Positions 17,746 to 26,041 of a DNA stretch of 32,000 nt are shown here, one piece after another. The stretch covers positions 132,550-164,549 of the forward strand of contig NZ_PQWO01000014.1 of the NCBI RefSeq assembly GCF_003231495.1. The letters run 5' to 3'. Origin of the DNA: Acaryochloris thomasi RCC1774. GTDB lineage: Bacteria; Cyanobacteriota; Cyanobacteriia; Thermosynechococcales; Thermosynechococcaceae. The notes under the pieces are model-generated. The model ran no database searches. It was not told the DNA's origin and saw only the letters and a list, made by a program, of their open reading frames with translations. The position numbers and the translations under genes are program-made. Each line of letters opens with the position of its first letter. Positions within the stretch are counted from its first letter, which is position 1.

Positions 17746-19992
17746 TTACCATAATGGCTCAAGTCTTTTTTCTGCAGGCTGTGGTGCATTTGGAGAAAAT
17801 TGTGATTTTCTCTCCATCGGTGAATCGACTTGGACTAAGAAGGCTAGTTTGACCACCTGACCTTGTTTATTTGATACCGAGAGAACAATTTGAGAAAGTT
17901 CCTTCGTGGCTTTTAAGATCTTCGAGTCTTTAGCTGAAACATTTCCAAATGGTTCGAGATTGACAGTGAGATCATCACCTTCTGCCTGCCAATCAAGTTT
18001 TACGACTTGTCCGACTTTCAAGAAGACTGAAGGGGTTGTCTCTGCACTTTGACCATTGAGCGTAAAAGCAGAGATTTTAGGTGGCTTGCCCTTCACTTCA
18101 ACCGGGATTGGTTCGGAGGGTGGTGCCTGTTTTTGATTACTCTTAGAAACCGTTTGCAGACTAATCGTATAGTCACCAGGGGTTGCCGGTAGCCCAACTC
18201 TTACATTTGAGCACATCAGCTCCTCATTTACTGGCGGTTTGCACTTTTGGGTTAGCTCAGGTGGTATCTGCTGCTTAAAGTCATAGGTTTTAATCAACGT
18301 GGGCTTTCCTTCCTTGAGCTGACTAAACACTTGAAGCTCTGAAAGCTGACTGGCATTTTTCAGTTTCCAATTGAGGGGTAGGAGCTGACCTTTCTCAACT
18401 TTGGACTGGCTAGATGAAACGCCCGCTACTAGAGGGAGCGGCCTTGGCTGCACCACAACGTTCAGTTCTTTCTGACTACTATGCTTTTCTGATTTCGCTT
18501 CAATCTGGAGATTAAAGGTGTACTCCCCGGCGAGTCGGGCGCCGGTATCGATGTTTGTGCAGGTTAGGTTGCGATGGCCAAAGGCCGACCGAGAGTCATC
18601 GCGACTCTGACAAAAGCGACTCAACTCCGTTGGCACTCCTTCCGAGAAATCATACACCTGGGGCTTGCCGACAATCTGATCCTTTATAGAAGTAACCGTA
18701 AGCTGCTCAAGCTGGTCTACATTCGAGACACTCCAGTTGAGGCGCACCCGCCCACCTTCCACATAACGATTACTGTCTGGCTTAAATTCAGTCAAGACAG
18801 GCGGCAACGCAGGTCTAAAGAAGGCCAGCCAAATAAAGAATCCAAGGCCCGATAAGGTACCGACCCCCACCAATATCCACAACAGCAACTGCCACCAGGG
18901 GCGGGCTTTCCAAATCAGAAGTCCCTTCGTGACCTGCTCAGGAAGGGGTAATCCGTCAAGGTCTGTGAGATCAATTTGAAACGGCACCTCTAGCCCACGA
19001 CCCAAAAGCGGACGTTGCCATTTCCGTTTGGGTTGCACTTCCAGATCAATCGCCGCTGTTTCACCCATGAGCAAACGAACAGAAGACGGCTCGCAAGTGT
19101 AGTTGCACATCTCTGTTTCATCTCGACTGCTGGCACTCACCACTACTTCCCGGATCAGATTGCTCTGATTCATCAGCTTGAGCCGATACTGACCGGGTTT
19201 ATGGCTAACCTTGCCGAGCAGAGTTTCGAGGGTCACACTAAGATGAAGGGCGGGTTTAACCTCCAAATACACGAGATCTAAAAACACCTGTTCCGGGGCA
19301 TTATCAGACAGAATCTGTAGCGTCGGTGAGTAGTGGCCTGCAGGCATATCCAAGGGGTAATGGAACTCAACGCTGAGGGTGCCCTGGGTGCCAGGGTTCA
19401 GCTCTAAACTATCGCTATCGGACAGTACCCCTAGTTCGCTGAGATCGGTGCAGGGATATTGAATTGTAATCCACTCTGGATCGAGGTCTAAACAGTTGAG
19501 GCGAAAACGATCGACTCGCCTAGATCGATTGTTCACCTGAACTGATAACGTCTGGTGTTGACCGGGCTGAATAAGGAGGGGCTGCTCTGGACTAGTGGCT
19601 GGAGTGATCGCAAAGGTGGGTTGATCTAATCGTTCAACGGACTGCTCTTTGACCCGCACTTCGAGCTGGCACGGATAGTGGAGTGGTGTCTCTTCTGGAT
19701 AGTGATCAGGGGCATCCACAACCACTGTGTATGGATAGCTGCCTGGTAACGCATCAATGGGCAACTCAAAGGGGAGGCTGACTTCGCATCCTTGTTGAGG
19801 ATCGAGGGCGACTCGCTGCTTTGGCGACGGACACCAGGCTTGAGCCATGTGGTCAAGGTAAACATCTATCACTGCTCCCTCAGCTCCTTGATTGATGAGG
19901 CTGACGTGCAGCGTCACCGTTTCCCCTGGGAATCCCTCTAAGCTGGAGGGAGGATTGAGCATCACTTTGAGAGGCATCGTCATCACATTCAT
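17746..19992 (-). CDS. bitopic membrane protein: three N-terminal beta-sandwich (CARDB/NEW3-like) modules, a TM helix, then three Ig-like repeats with conserved Cys pairs
   Basis: No signal peptide. Three modules each carry h-x-h-x-N-x-[SG] (VSLINQGAE, VQVNNRSRR, LKLMNQSNL). One TM helix, WWQLLLWILVGVGTLSGLGFFIWLAFF (nt 18817-18897), is preceded by K/K/R. The C-terminal repeats show clear internal duplication: LNWSVSNVDQLEQLTV..YDFSEGVPTELSRFC..LTCTN..GEYTFNLQ versus LNWKLKNASQLSELQV..YDFKQQIPPELTQKC..LMCSN..GDYTISLQ. GGAAG lies 9 nt upstream, in the 18-nt gap after the previous gene. Confidence 0.8.
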   Translation of the reverse strand: MNVMTMPLKVMLNPPSSLEGFPGETVTLHVSLINQGAEGAVIDVYLDHMAQAWCPSPKQRVALDPQQGCEVSLPFELPIDALPGSYPYTVVVDAPDHYPEETPLHYPCQLEVRVKEQSVERLDQPTFAITPATSPEQPLLIQPGQHQTLSVQVNNRSRRVDRFRLNCLDLDPEWITIQYPCTDLSELGVLSDSDSLELNPGTQGTLSVEFHYPLDMPAGHYSPTLQILSDNAPEQVFLDLVYLEVKPALHLSVTLETLLGKVSHKPGQYRLKLMNQSNLIREVVVSASSRDETEMCNYTCEPSSVRLLMGETAAIDLEVQPKRKWQRPLLGRGLEVPFQIDLTDLDGLPLPEQVTKGLLIWKARPWWQLLLWILVGVGTLSGLGFFIWLAFFRPALPPVLTEFKPDSNRYVEGGRVRLNWSVSNVDQLEQLTVTSIKDQIVGKPQVYDFSEGVPTELSRFCQSRDDSRSAFGHRNLTCTNIDTGARLAGEYTFNLQIEAKSEKHSSQKELNVVVQPRPLPLVAGVSSSQSKVEKGQLLPLNWKLKNASQLSELQVFSQLKEGKPTLIKTYDFKQQIPPELTQKCKPPVNEELMCSNVRVGLPATPGDYTISLQTVSKSNQKQAPPSEPIPVEVKGKPPKISAFTLNGQSAETTPSVFLKVGQVVKLDWQAEGDDLTVNLEPFGNVSAKDSKILKATKELSQIVLSVSNKQGQVVKLAFLVQVDSPMERKSQFSPNAPQPAEKRLEPLW

Positions 19993-20010
19993 GGCATCTT
20001 CCGTAAAGAT

Positions 20011-22224
20011 CTATTGAGGGTTAAAGCGGTGGAACCGAACCTGAGTGTCTTCAGACCCGCTGGCGACCCACATCCCCTGTTCATTGGCGATTAGGTCTAA
20101 CGAAGTAACCCGGTTAGGGAGGATCGCAATCCGCTTCGGTTTTCGGGTCGAATCAAGAGTCATTGTTGAGGTTATGGGCCAAGCGGTGATCTGTCCGTCG
20201 TCGCCTGCGCTCACTAGCCATCGCTGGTCCGGGGTAAATTGAATTTGACGCACCGATGTCTCTGCGGCCTGCCATCGCGATTGTTGAGTACAGCTTTGCT
20301 GGGGCAGCAGGCCCGCTGCTGTCTCTTTTGATTTCGGCAGATTTGTACAGCGGCTCATGTCCCAGAGCGTAATGTAACCATCAGAGTCTGAGGCTGCGAG
20401 AATAGGAGCTTGAGGAGCAAAGGTGGCGTCCCAAAAAAAGTCATTTTCTCCTCGGTTTTGAGCCGGTTCTGCCAAGAGCTGTCGGGGCTGGGATTTGGCA
20501 ACATCCCACAGCACGAGACGCTTAAACTGTCCGGCACTGGCAAGGGTTTTCTCGTCGGGGCTGAGAGCTAAAGACCAGACTTGATAAGCAAAGCGATCGG
20601 GGAGTGAGAAGACTTTTGGCTGATTGCTGAAGCGAACGTCTCTAGTGCGCTGCCAACGGCGAATCTTGCCGCTTCCGTAGCCGCTATAGAGGGTGAGGGC
20701 GTTGCGGGTAAAGGTCAAATCTAAGATGCGATCGCTAGTCTCATCCGTCGGATCCCTCAACGTATATAACGGCTTGCCCTCATTGATATCCCATGCCTGA
20801 ATACTGCCGTTCTCTAAGCCGGCAAACACCTGATTATTGTTTACGGGCACCAGCGCTAAAGCTCGAATGGCTTGTTTCGTTAGGGCGAATAGACCTTTTC
20901 CAGAGCGCGGTTGCTTCTCAGTACAAGTTTGAGTAGACGCCCCTTTGTTTGAGGCACCTTCGGGCTCGAGCGTTCCCCAGCTCGATATTCCCCAGCTTCG
21001 AATAGAGCAATCATCCGCAGCGCTGAGCACTAGCGGCAGTCTGCCACTGGTACCGCTCAGTTGAACCGCATTCACGCCTGCCAGATGAGTGACGGGTGTG
21101 GGTCTAAAGATAATCGCTGCCAGCATGGCGAAAAAAGCCAATAGTAGCCATAGAGGAATGATGGGAAAAACTTTTAGGAGTAGAGTTTGAGTTGCTGGAT
21201 CACAGCTCCCTAACCTTGGATCTGACAGCCAGGGCTTTACCTCAAACTTCAGTTTTTGCGACCATCCAATCCAGGGGCGACGGGGGGAGAGGGTTAAGTC
21301 AACGTTCGTTATTTCTCCGAGCGGCAGGACAGCTTGTTCTGGATCAACCTGAGTCTGGCAGCGCTGAGCATCTTGGCCTCGCACTTCTAAGTCAACGGTT
21401 TGCAAAAGATTACTGGTGTTTTGAAACATCAGCTGGAACGTTGCCTGAGGCGATCTGAAATTTGGCAGCCAGGGCCTTTTCGCCGGAATTCGCTGTCGCT
21501 GAGGCTGGGCTTCAAACTGCATGAAGCCAACAGGCAGAACCTCCAGCACTCCTTGCGTTTCGAGGGTATGCCCTTCTCGATTCTGCGCGGTAATTATGAA
21601 AGGATAATTCTGGCTCGGAACCTGATCAGCCCCTGCAGGCTGACATTGAAAGGTTGTGGTGGTCTCGCTCTGGGCCGCAATTTCTAATCGTCGTTCTGCG
21701 CCGCCCACTAGCCAGCTTGCCTGTAGTTCTTTGCACTGCAGAAGTACTTCTGTTGGCTGCGATCCTACATTTTTGATCGTGACTGGAATATCAATCGTGT
21801 TGCGGGGATAAACCTGCAGGTGCTGGATGGGCAATCCAAGACGCAGATGGTTGGATTCAATTCTGGGTTCTAAGGTGAGTCGCAGCACCAGCCGTCGTTC
21901 TTCGGGGAGCTGTGGCGAAGAGACCCGAACCATAAGATTGACGGTCCCAACAAAGTCAGGAATAGGCGAGTCAAGAATCTTGACCTGGAAGTCAGTGCGA
22001 TCGCCGGTCGATTTTGCGGTAGAGACTTCAGGGGAGAGATGATACCAACCCGTCTGATCATTGGCTCCGGCGGCGAGAATCTCTAGCTGAAACGAGGCAA
22101 ACTGATCGCTACGATTCATGACTGAAACGCCAAAAGAAACAGGTGTTTCCCCAGGGCGAAAGGTGAGGCTTTGCGTAGTTAGACTCGCATCAATAGTTGA
22201 GCTGGCAATCATGATGAGACTCAA
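20011..22224 (-). CDS. bitopic membrane protein: three N-terminal beta-sandwich modules, a TM helix, then a C-terminal WD40 beta-propeller
   Basis: The N-terminal half is paralogous to 17746-19992 (VSVMNRSDQ, VTIKNVGSQ, LMFQNTSNL; PRRPWIGW before the TM; FRP after it). The TM helix is IIPLWLLLAFFAMLAAIIF (nt 21106-21165). WD-like blade ends are SIRSWG, SIQAWDI, KIRRWQ, LVLWDV, ITLWDM, ITAWPI. The track start is TTG 22224; ATG 22212 is an alternative. Confidence 0.8.
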   Translation of the reverse strand: MSLIMIASSTIDASLTTQSLTFRPGETPVSFGVSVMNRSDQFASFQLEILAAGANDQTGWYHLSPEVSTAKSTGDRTDFQVKILDSPIPDFVGTVNLMVRVSSPQLPEERRLVLRLTLEPRIESNHLRLGLPIQHLQVYPRNTIDIPVTIKNVGSQPTEVLLQCKELQASWLVGGAERRLEIAAQSETTTTFQCQPAGADQVPSQNYPFIITAQNREGHTLETQGVLEVLPVGFMQFEAQPQRQRIPAKRPWLPNFRSPQATFQLMFQNTSNLLQTVDLEVRGQDAQRCQTQVDPEQAVLPLGEITNVDLTLSPRRPWIGWSQKLKFEVKPWLSDPRLGSCDPATQTLLLKVFPIIPLWLLLAFFAMLAAIIFRPTPVTHLAGVNAVQLSGTSGRLPLVLSAADDCSIRSWGISSWGTLEPEGASNKGASTQTCTEKQPRSGKGLFALTKQAIRALALVPVNNNQVFAGLENGSIQAWDINEGKPLYTLRDPTDETSDRILDLTFTRNALTLYSGYGSGKIRRWQRTRDVRFSNQPKVFSLPDRFAYQVWSLALSPDEKTLASAGQFKRLVLWDVAKSQPRQLLAEPAQNRGENDFFWDATFAPQAPILAASDSDGYITLWDMSRCTNLPKSKETAAGLLPQQSCTQQSRWQAAETSVRQIQFTPDQRWLVSAGDDGQITAWPITSTMTLDSTRKPKRIAILPNRVTSLDLIANEQGMWVASGSEDTQVRFHRFNPQ

Positions 22225-22278
22225 TACTTGGATTGTCTTTCATTGAATGACAATTCAAAGCCAGAAAAATCCGACCTC

Positions 22279-22304
22279 GGTCTAATCTATTGAGGTCTAA
22301 TCTA
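22279..22304. repeat. 11-bp direct repeat ggtctaatcta-ttga-ggtctaatcta in the spike / membrane-protein spacer
   Basis: Read directly from the sequence. It lies 55-80 nt upstream of the 20011-22224 start codon, within a 129-nt gap that also holds a small hairpin (ttgaat-gaca-attcaa, 22243-22258). Confidence 0.6.
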
Positions 22305-22353
22305 CCGAAGCTGTCGGGATAGAATGTATTTCTAACTCTTGCCGGAGATTTCC

Positions 22354-24360
22354 TTACATGAGTTGCGGAATACCGTTAGCCGTAACAACACCTACCATCG
22401 CAACCGAGGGGGCCCCAATATTAATCATTGATGATGAGAATAAATTAAGTGGCCCGACTGAAGTAGCAGTTATGGTGCCTAATGCCTTGACACTGACCGC
22501 ACCGGCTGCATCAACATTAACCGCACCACCTGCCTTTACATCAACCGCGCCACCCGCTTTGAGACTAATAGCGCCACCTGCCATCATATTAATCAGCCCC
22601 GTAGTTCGAAGCGAGATACTCATTGTAGGGTCACTAAAGGTTAAAGCTTGTTGTGTTCTAGTTTTCACCGTGATTGTTGAGGCCGTGTCATTGAGGATGA
22701 CTTGATTCCTGCCAGCGGTCTTGATATCAATCCCTTTTGAAGCGAGATTATCATCCATTTCTATCTGGTGCTTTCCATTTGTCCTGATCTCAATCTTGCG
22801 ATCGCTATCATTCAAATGAACCTTGTGGCCTCCAGATGTCTCAATAAGAATGCCTTTATCAAAGCCAAATTTACCCTCTTCAACAAATTGAATAGTGTGG
22901 CCTGTACGAGTCTTGATCGTACGTAGGTTGACCTTCCCATTTTGGATAGTGTCACGAACGGTTTCAACGGTTTTGTCTTTGCCGTTCCAGACGCCGCCAA
23001 TGATATAGGGGCGATGAATGTCTCCATGCTCAAAGGCAACTAGGACTTCATCATCAATTTCAGGAAGACAGTAAAAGCCCCGCTCCTTAGCAGCTCCTAG
23101 ACCTACCACTCTGGCCCAGTGGCTTTCGTCCTTCTCAGTCAAAGTAGGAAACTTTACCTTGACGCGCCCCCAGCCCTCAGGATCATCATTATTGGTCACT
23201 ATGCCGACTAGGTTCGTTTGACCGGGCTGCAGATGCGTCTTAGGCGGCAGGGTAGAGAGTAAGCTACCTTGTCTTAACCCACGAACGTCAAAATGAGTCT
23301 TCAGTACCCCTTGTCGATAGAGATGACAGGCTTCGGTCACATAGTATTGACCGCTATAGCGAGTCCCCAGCTTTTCAAGTTTGACGACTTTGCCAGGACG
23401 GATTTCGGGGTTGCCTTCAGCCTTCGCTTTGGCCGTTACGAACTCACCCCCTAGTTCATTACAGAGAGCCTGAGCCATTTGCTTCGCTTCTTTTGAACTC
23501 TCAACGGTTTGATCCACTACAATCATCTGCGGAGAGGGCATGGACTTAAAGACCTGACTGCTGCTACCTTTCTTATTGCCAGTGCTAGTAACAAGCTGTT
23601 CTTCAGAGACCTTCTCTGAGATCAGTTTCTTCTGGCTGTAATCCCAGCCGTGGACTTCAACGGAGCTAACCTGCTCAGCAGTAGTCGTCCGTACATCGAA
23701 GCTACTGATGTCGGTAAGCCACTCTAGGCTTAAAGAGCCATCACTCTTCGGTTCACGGAAGTAGAGCTTGTTATCCTGCACAAAGAGTTCAAAGCCAATG
23801 CGGGCCGCTCGCTCGCGCAGAAACTCCATATTGGTTTGATTCTCTTGGAATGTATAGTCACGGGGAGTGCCGCTTGAATCAACTTGCCCCATTTTGATGC
23901 CCGCTTCTTTGGCAACTGTTTTGACAATGTCGCTTTCGGTCTGGTTTAAGAAAGAGCGGTTATGGCGTCCCCGATGCAGTCGATGGGAGATGTCATAGCC
24001 TCGGATGACAAGGTGAGCTTCAGAGGTCTCAGAAAACTTGACTTCGATGCCAGTAATTTCACCCTCAATTAACTGCAGCTCTTGTTCGCTCTCTTTAAAC
24101 TCAGGGTCTTCTGTTGTACTGCCCTTAAACCCGATCGTGATTGAATCGCCGAGCTTGAAATATTTCTCATTCCGCCATTCTTCGCTGTCCTCGCTGGCAG
24201 GAACGTAGACGTTATGAACCTTGAGAACAAACATGCTCGGCAGATGCAGGCTCTCATCTACAGTGATTTCTAATATGTCTTTCATCAGTGTTGCCGAAGC
24301 GGTAGCGCCTCCTATCTTGAGGATTGGCTCTGATAAATAGAGGGTTTTACTCTTAGGCAT
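22354..24360 (-). CDS. phage-tail spike protein, gpD/gp27 plus gp5 OB-fold plus beta-helix (VgrG/Afp8-like)
   Basis: The N-terminal late-control-D/gp27-like region reads LEITVDESLHLPSMFVLKV..., LVIRGYDISHRLHRGRHNRSF..TESDIV..., NMEFLRERAARIGFELFV. The gp5-type OB fold reads GIVTNNDDPEGWGRVKVKFPTL...SHWARVV...GFYCLPEIDDEVLVAFEHGDIHRPYIIGGVWNG. The C-terminal beta-helix has 8-residue repeats (KAGGAVDV KAGGAVNV DAAGAVSV). Confidence 0.9.
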   Translation of the reverse strand: MPKSKTLYLSEPILKIGGATASATLMKDILEITVDESLHLPSMFVLKVHNVYVPASEDSEEWRNEKYFKLGDSITIGFKGSTTEDPEFKESEQELQLIEGEITGIEVKFSETSEAHLVIRGYDISHRLHRGRHNRSFLNQTESDIVKTVAKEAGIKMGQVDSSGTPRDYTFQENQTNMEFLRERAARIGFELFVQDNKLYFREPKSDGSLSLEWLTDISSFDVRTTTAEQVSSVEVHGWDYSQKKLISEKVSEEQLVTSTGNKKGSSSQVFKSMPSPQMIVVDQTVESSKEAKQMAQALCNELGGEFVTAKAKAEGNPEIRPGKVVKLEKLGTRYSGQYYVTEACHLYRQGVLKTHFDVRGLRQGSLLSTLPPKTHLQPGQTNLVGIVTNNDDPEGWGRVKVKFPTLTEKDESHWARVVGLGAAKERGFYCLPEIDDEVLVAFEHGDIHRPYIIGGVWNGKDKTVETVRDTIQNGKVNLRTIKTRTGHTIQFVEEGKFGFDKGILIETSGGHKVHLNDSDRKIEIRTNGKHQIEMDDNLASKGIDIKTAGRNQVILNDTASTITVKTRTQQALTFSDPTMSISLRTTGLINMMAGGAISLKAGGAVDVKAGGAVNVDAAGAVSVKALGTITATSVGPLNLFSSSMINIGAPSVAMVGVVTANGIPQLM

Positions 24361-24444
24361 GGGAGGTTACTCTTCGCTACATTGACGGGTGATTATTGTT
24401 TTGCCTGCTATTAAGTAGATAAGCGTAATTGTCTTATAAAAGGA

Positions 24445-24511
24445 TTTCGACTCCGCTCAAACCTCGACTTCTAGCCCAACAAGAAATTCAGCTGGTTGAG
24501 CGGAGTCGAAA
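24445..24511. repeat. perfect 16-bp inverted repeat (tttcgactccgctcaa ... ttgagcggagtcgaaa) with a 35-nt spacer
   Basis: Read directly from the sequence. The arms are 24445-24460 and 24496-24511. It lies inside the 197-nt gap between the tube-initiator-like gene and the spike gene. Confidence 0.85.
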
Positions 24512-24557
24512 CCAGCGACTGGATTGACAATTGATTAGCCCCAGCGACTTATCGGCT

Positions 24558-25058
24558 TTACCCCAGCCTCTTATCTGCCTTTCCTGCTGTAGGTGCTTTG
24601 CTCCCTGCTACATTGCTTGGATCGACTTCTTGGAGGCCAATGTTGACGATGGCTTTGACCGGGGTGCCGTCTTCTAAAAAGAGAGTAAGCCGATAATTCA
24701 AGCTTGTCATCACGCAGTGAAAATACTTTTCAGACCACATTAATGTATAGACAGGGGGGCGACTAATGGCGCTAGATTTAGCGGTCACTCCCTCTTTGAT
24801 ATTGTTGATATGCTCTGCGAGGACACTTTTTTTTGTTTCATAGGTGTCAAAAAGCAAGTTCTGTAATGTGCAGGTGTAGGGATCAACTCCTGAGAAATTC
24901 ACCTTTGGTAATAGAGTGCTGCTGCGATTCCCCCGATCGCTGTGCCAAGCAACTTGGCGGGTGAACTCAAGTTCTGATGGATTAAACATGAACTCAATTT
25001 CTTTGGGGTTACCACTGAGAGCGCTATAGACCTCCAGCTTTGCTTTTGTCAGTCCCAT
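24558..25058 (-). CDS. CIS tube-initiator-like protein (Afp7 N-terminal / CIS_tube-type domain, no LysM)
   Basis: Its pattern is KAKLEV....G.PKEIEFMFNPSELEF.....W.........NF.G..P....L..LLFDTYE....V..HI..I........RPPV....W.......V..SL......F..DGTPVKA.V...L.EV. That matches the family signature as I remember it. Confidence 0.8.
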   Translation of the reverse strand: MGLTKAKLEVYSALSGNPKEIEFMFNPSELEFTRQVAWHSDRGNRSSTLLPKVNFSGVDPYTCTLQNLLFDTYETKKSVLAEHINNIKEGVTAKSSAISRPPVYTLMWSEKYFHCVMTSLNYRLTLFLEDGTPVKAIVNIGLQEVDPSNVAGSKAPTAGKADKRLG

Positions 25059-25095
25059 TTTTTCTACCTTAAAGTTCTGAGTGCGGAATGATTTA

Positions 25096-25506
25096 CTAAG
25101 TCAAACACCCTTGGGTAAATCCGTGGCGTTCTTGCTCGATTTCTAGCCGTCGATAAAGTTGGTAAGCCATTTCTTGCGTTAGCTGTGCAAAAATGTCTTC
25201 ATTGATTTGCCTAGAGAGGCCTGGGTTTACCGCTTGCCACAGGAGGCTCGTGCTTTTAGGGAAGCCATTGCGCTCTTGCTCAATTTCTAGGAGGGGAGAG
25301 ATGCGATGACAAATCATTCCAGCTAAAAGCTTTAAATCTGCAAGATTGACTTGGTCCACGTTGTCCAAAGCGTCTTCGAAGCTAGAAGCTTCAGGCTCTA
25401 CGTTTTCGGCAAGCGGCTTCTCTTCTGGTTCAACAAAATGGACTGTAAGGTCATGTTTCTGAATGTCCTCATCTGCCAGTAGGTCTTCAATACTTGTCCA
25501 CTGCAT
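25096..25506 (-). CDS. hypothetical acidic protein with a duplicated helix plus LEIEQER-x-GF module
   Basis: 136-aa ORF with a CAGGAG RBS. The N-terminus is acidic. The motif LEIEQERNGF (nt 25261-25290) recurs as LEIEQERHGF (nt 25117-25146), with about 21/26 nt identity. It occupies the Afp6-like position between the tube and the tube initiator. Confidence 0.65.
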   Translation of the reverse strand: MQWTSIEDLLADEDIQKHDLTVHFVEPEEKPLAENVEPEASSFEDALDNVDQVNLADLKLLAGMICHRISPLLEIEQERNGFPKSTSLLWQAVNPGLSRQINEDIFAQLTQEMAYQLYRRLEIEQERHGFTQGCLT

Positions 25507-25527
25507 CGTTAAACTCCTGATTTATGT

Positions 25528-26040
25528 TCATTCCCAGGCGCTAGTTGCGAAATATCCTTTGCCATCTCTTTCGTTAGTTCCAGATTTCGCGGCTTCTTTC
25601 TTGCCAATTTTTAAACCTTCGAAGGCGAGGGTCAGCTCTTCTACAGCCACCGTATTACCGTCTGCTTCTAAGCTGGGTAGCGTCCAGCCCACCGGAATGG
25701 CACCAATGAGACTCCAGCTTTTCATAATGTCTCCAGCCTGGTTGTAGGTGGTGATCGTTACGTTGCGTCGCTTAATTTTGTCTTCGAAGACTTGGCTCAG
25801 CCATTCTGAAAAAGCAGCATTGTCTGTGACCCCTCGTTTGAGTGTGATATCTGAAAATCTAGTGTGTCCTAAGCTAATCCGTTGCTGATCGTTGACGCCC
25901 CCCTCGTGATGAACATCTTTCTCAATCTCAACACTGATGCCTGAACATTCAGAGAATGAACCCAGTTCGTCTCCATCGACTTCTATATGGAATCGATTGG
26001 TGGTGACAAAGTTCTCAACGTGATCTTTGTATTCAGCCAT
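25528..26040 (-). CDS. phage tail tube protein, T4 gp19 / Afp1-Pvc1 family
   Basis: Its pattern is NRFHIEVDGDELGSFSECSGISVEIE...HEGG.....ISLGHTRFSDITLKRGVTDN..F.EW......KI.RRNVTITTYNQAGD.MKSW.L.GA.PVGW..PSLEADGN.VAVEELTLAFEGL. This is the characteristic eCIS/T4-like tube signature. Confidence 0.9.
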   Translation of the reverse strand: MAEYKDHVENFVTTNRFHIEVDGDELGSFSECSGISVEIEKDVHHEGGVNDQQRISLGHTRFSDITLKRGVTDNAAFSEWLSQVFEDKIKRRNVTITTYNQAGDIMKSWSLIGAIPVGWTLPSLEADGNTVAVEELTLAFEGLKIGKKEAAKSGTNERDGKGYFATSAWE

Positions 26041-26041
26041 C

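Noticed and set aside
22358-22705. 115-aa Ala/Pro/Thr-rich ORF on the plus strand
   Set aside because: It is the antisense reading of the repetitive beta-helix (AGGAV repeats) of the spike gene. Its repeats merely mirror the coding repeats.
24445-24511. The inverted-repeat arms as a tRNA or tRNA-like gene (gagtcgaaa resembles a T-loop)
   Set aside because: No cloverleaf can be drawn, there is no acceptor stem or anticodon arm, and the T-stem pairing fails. It is just a long hairpin.
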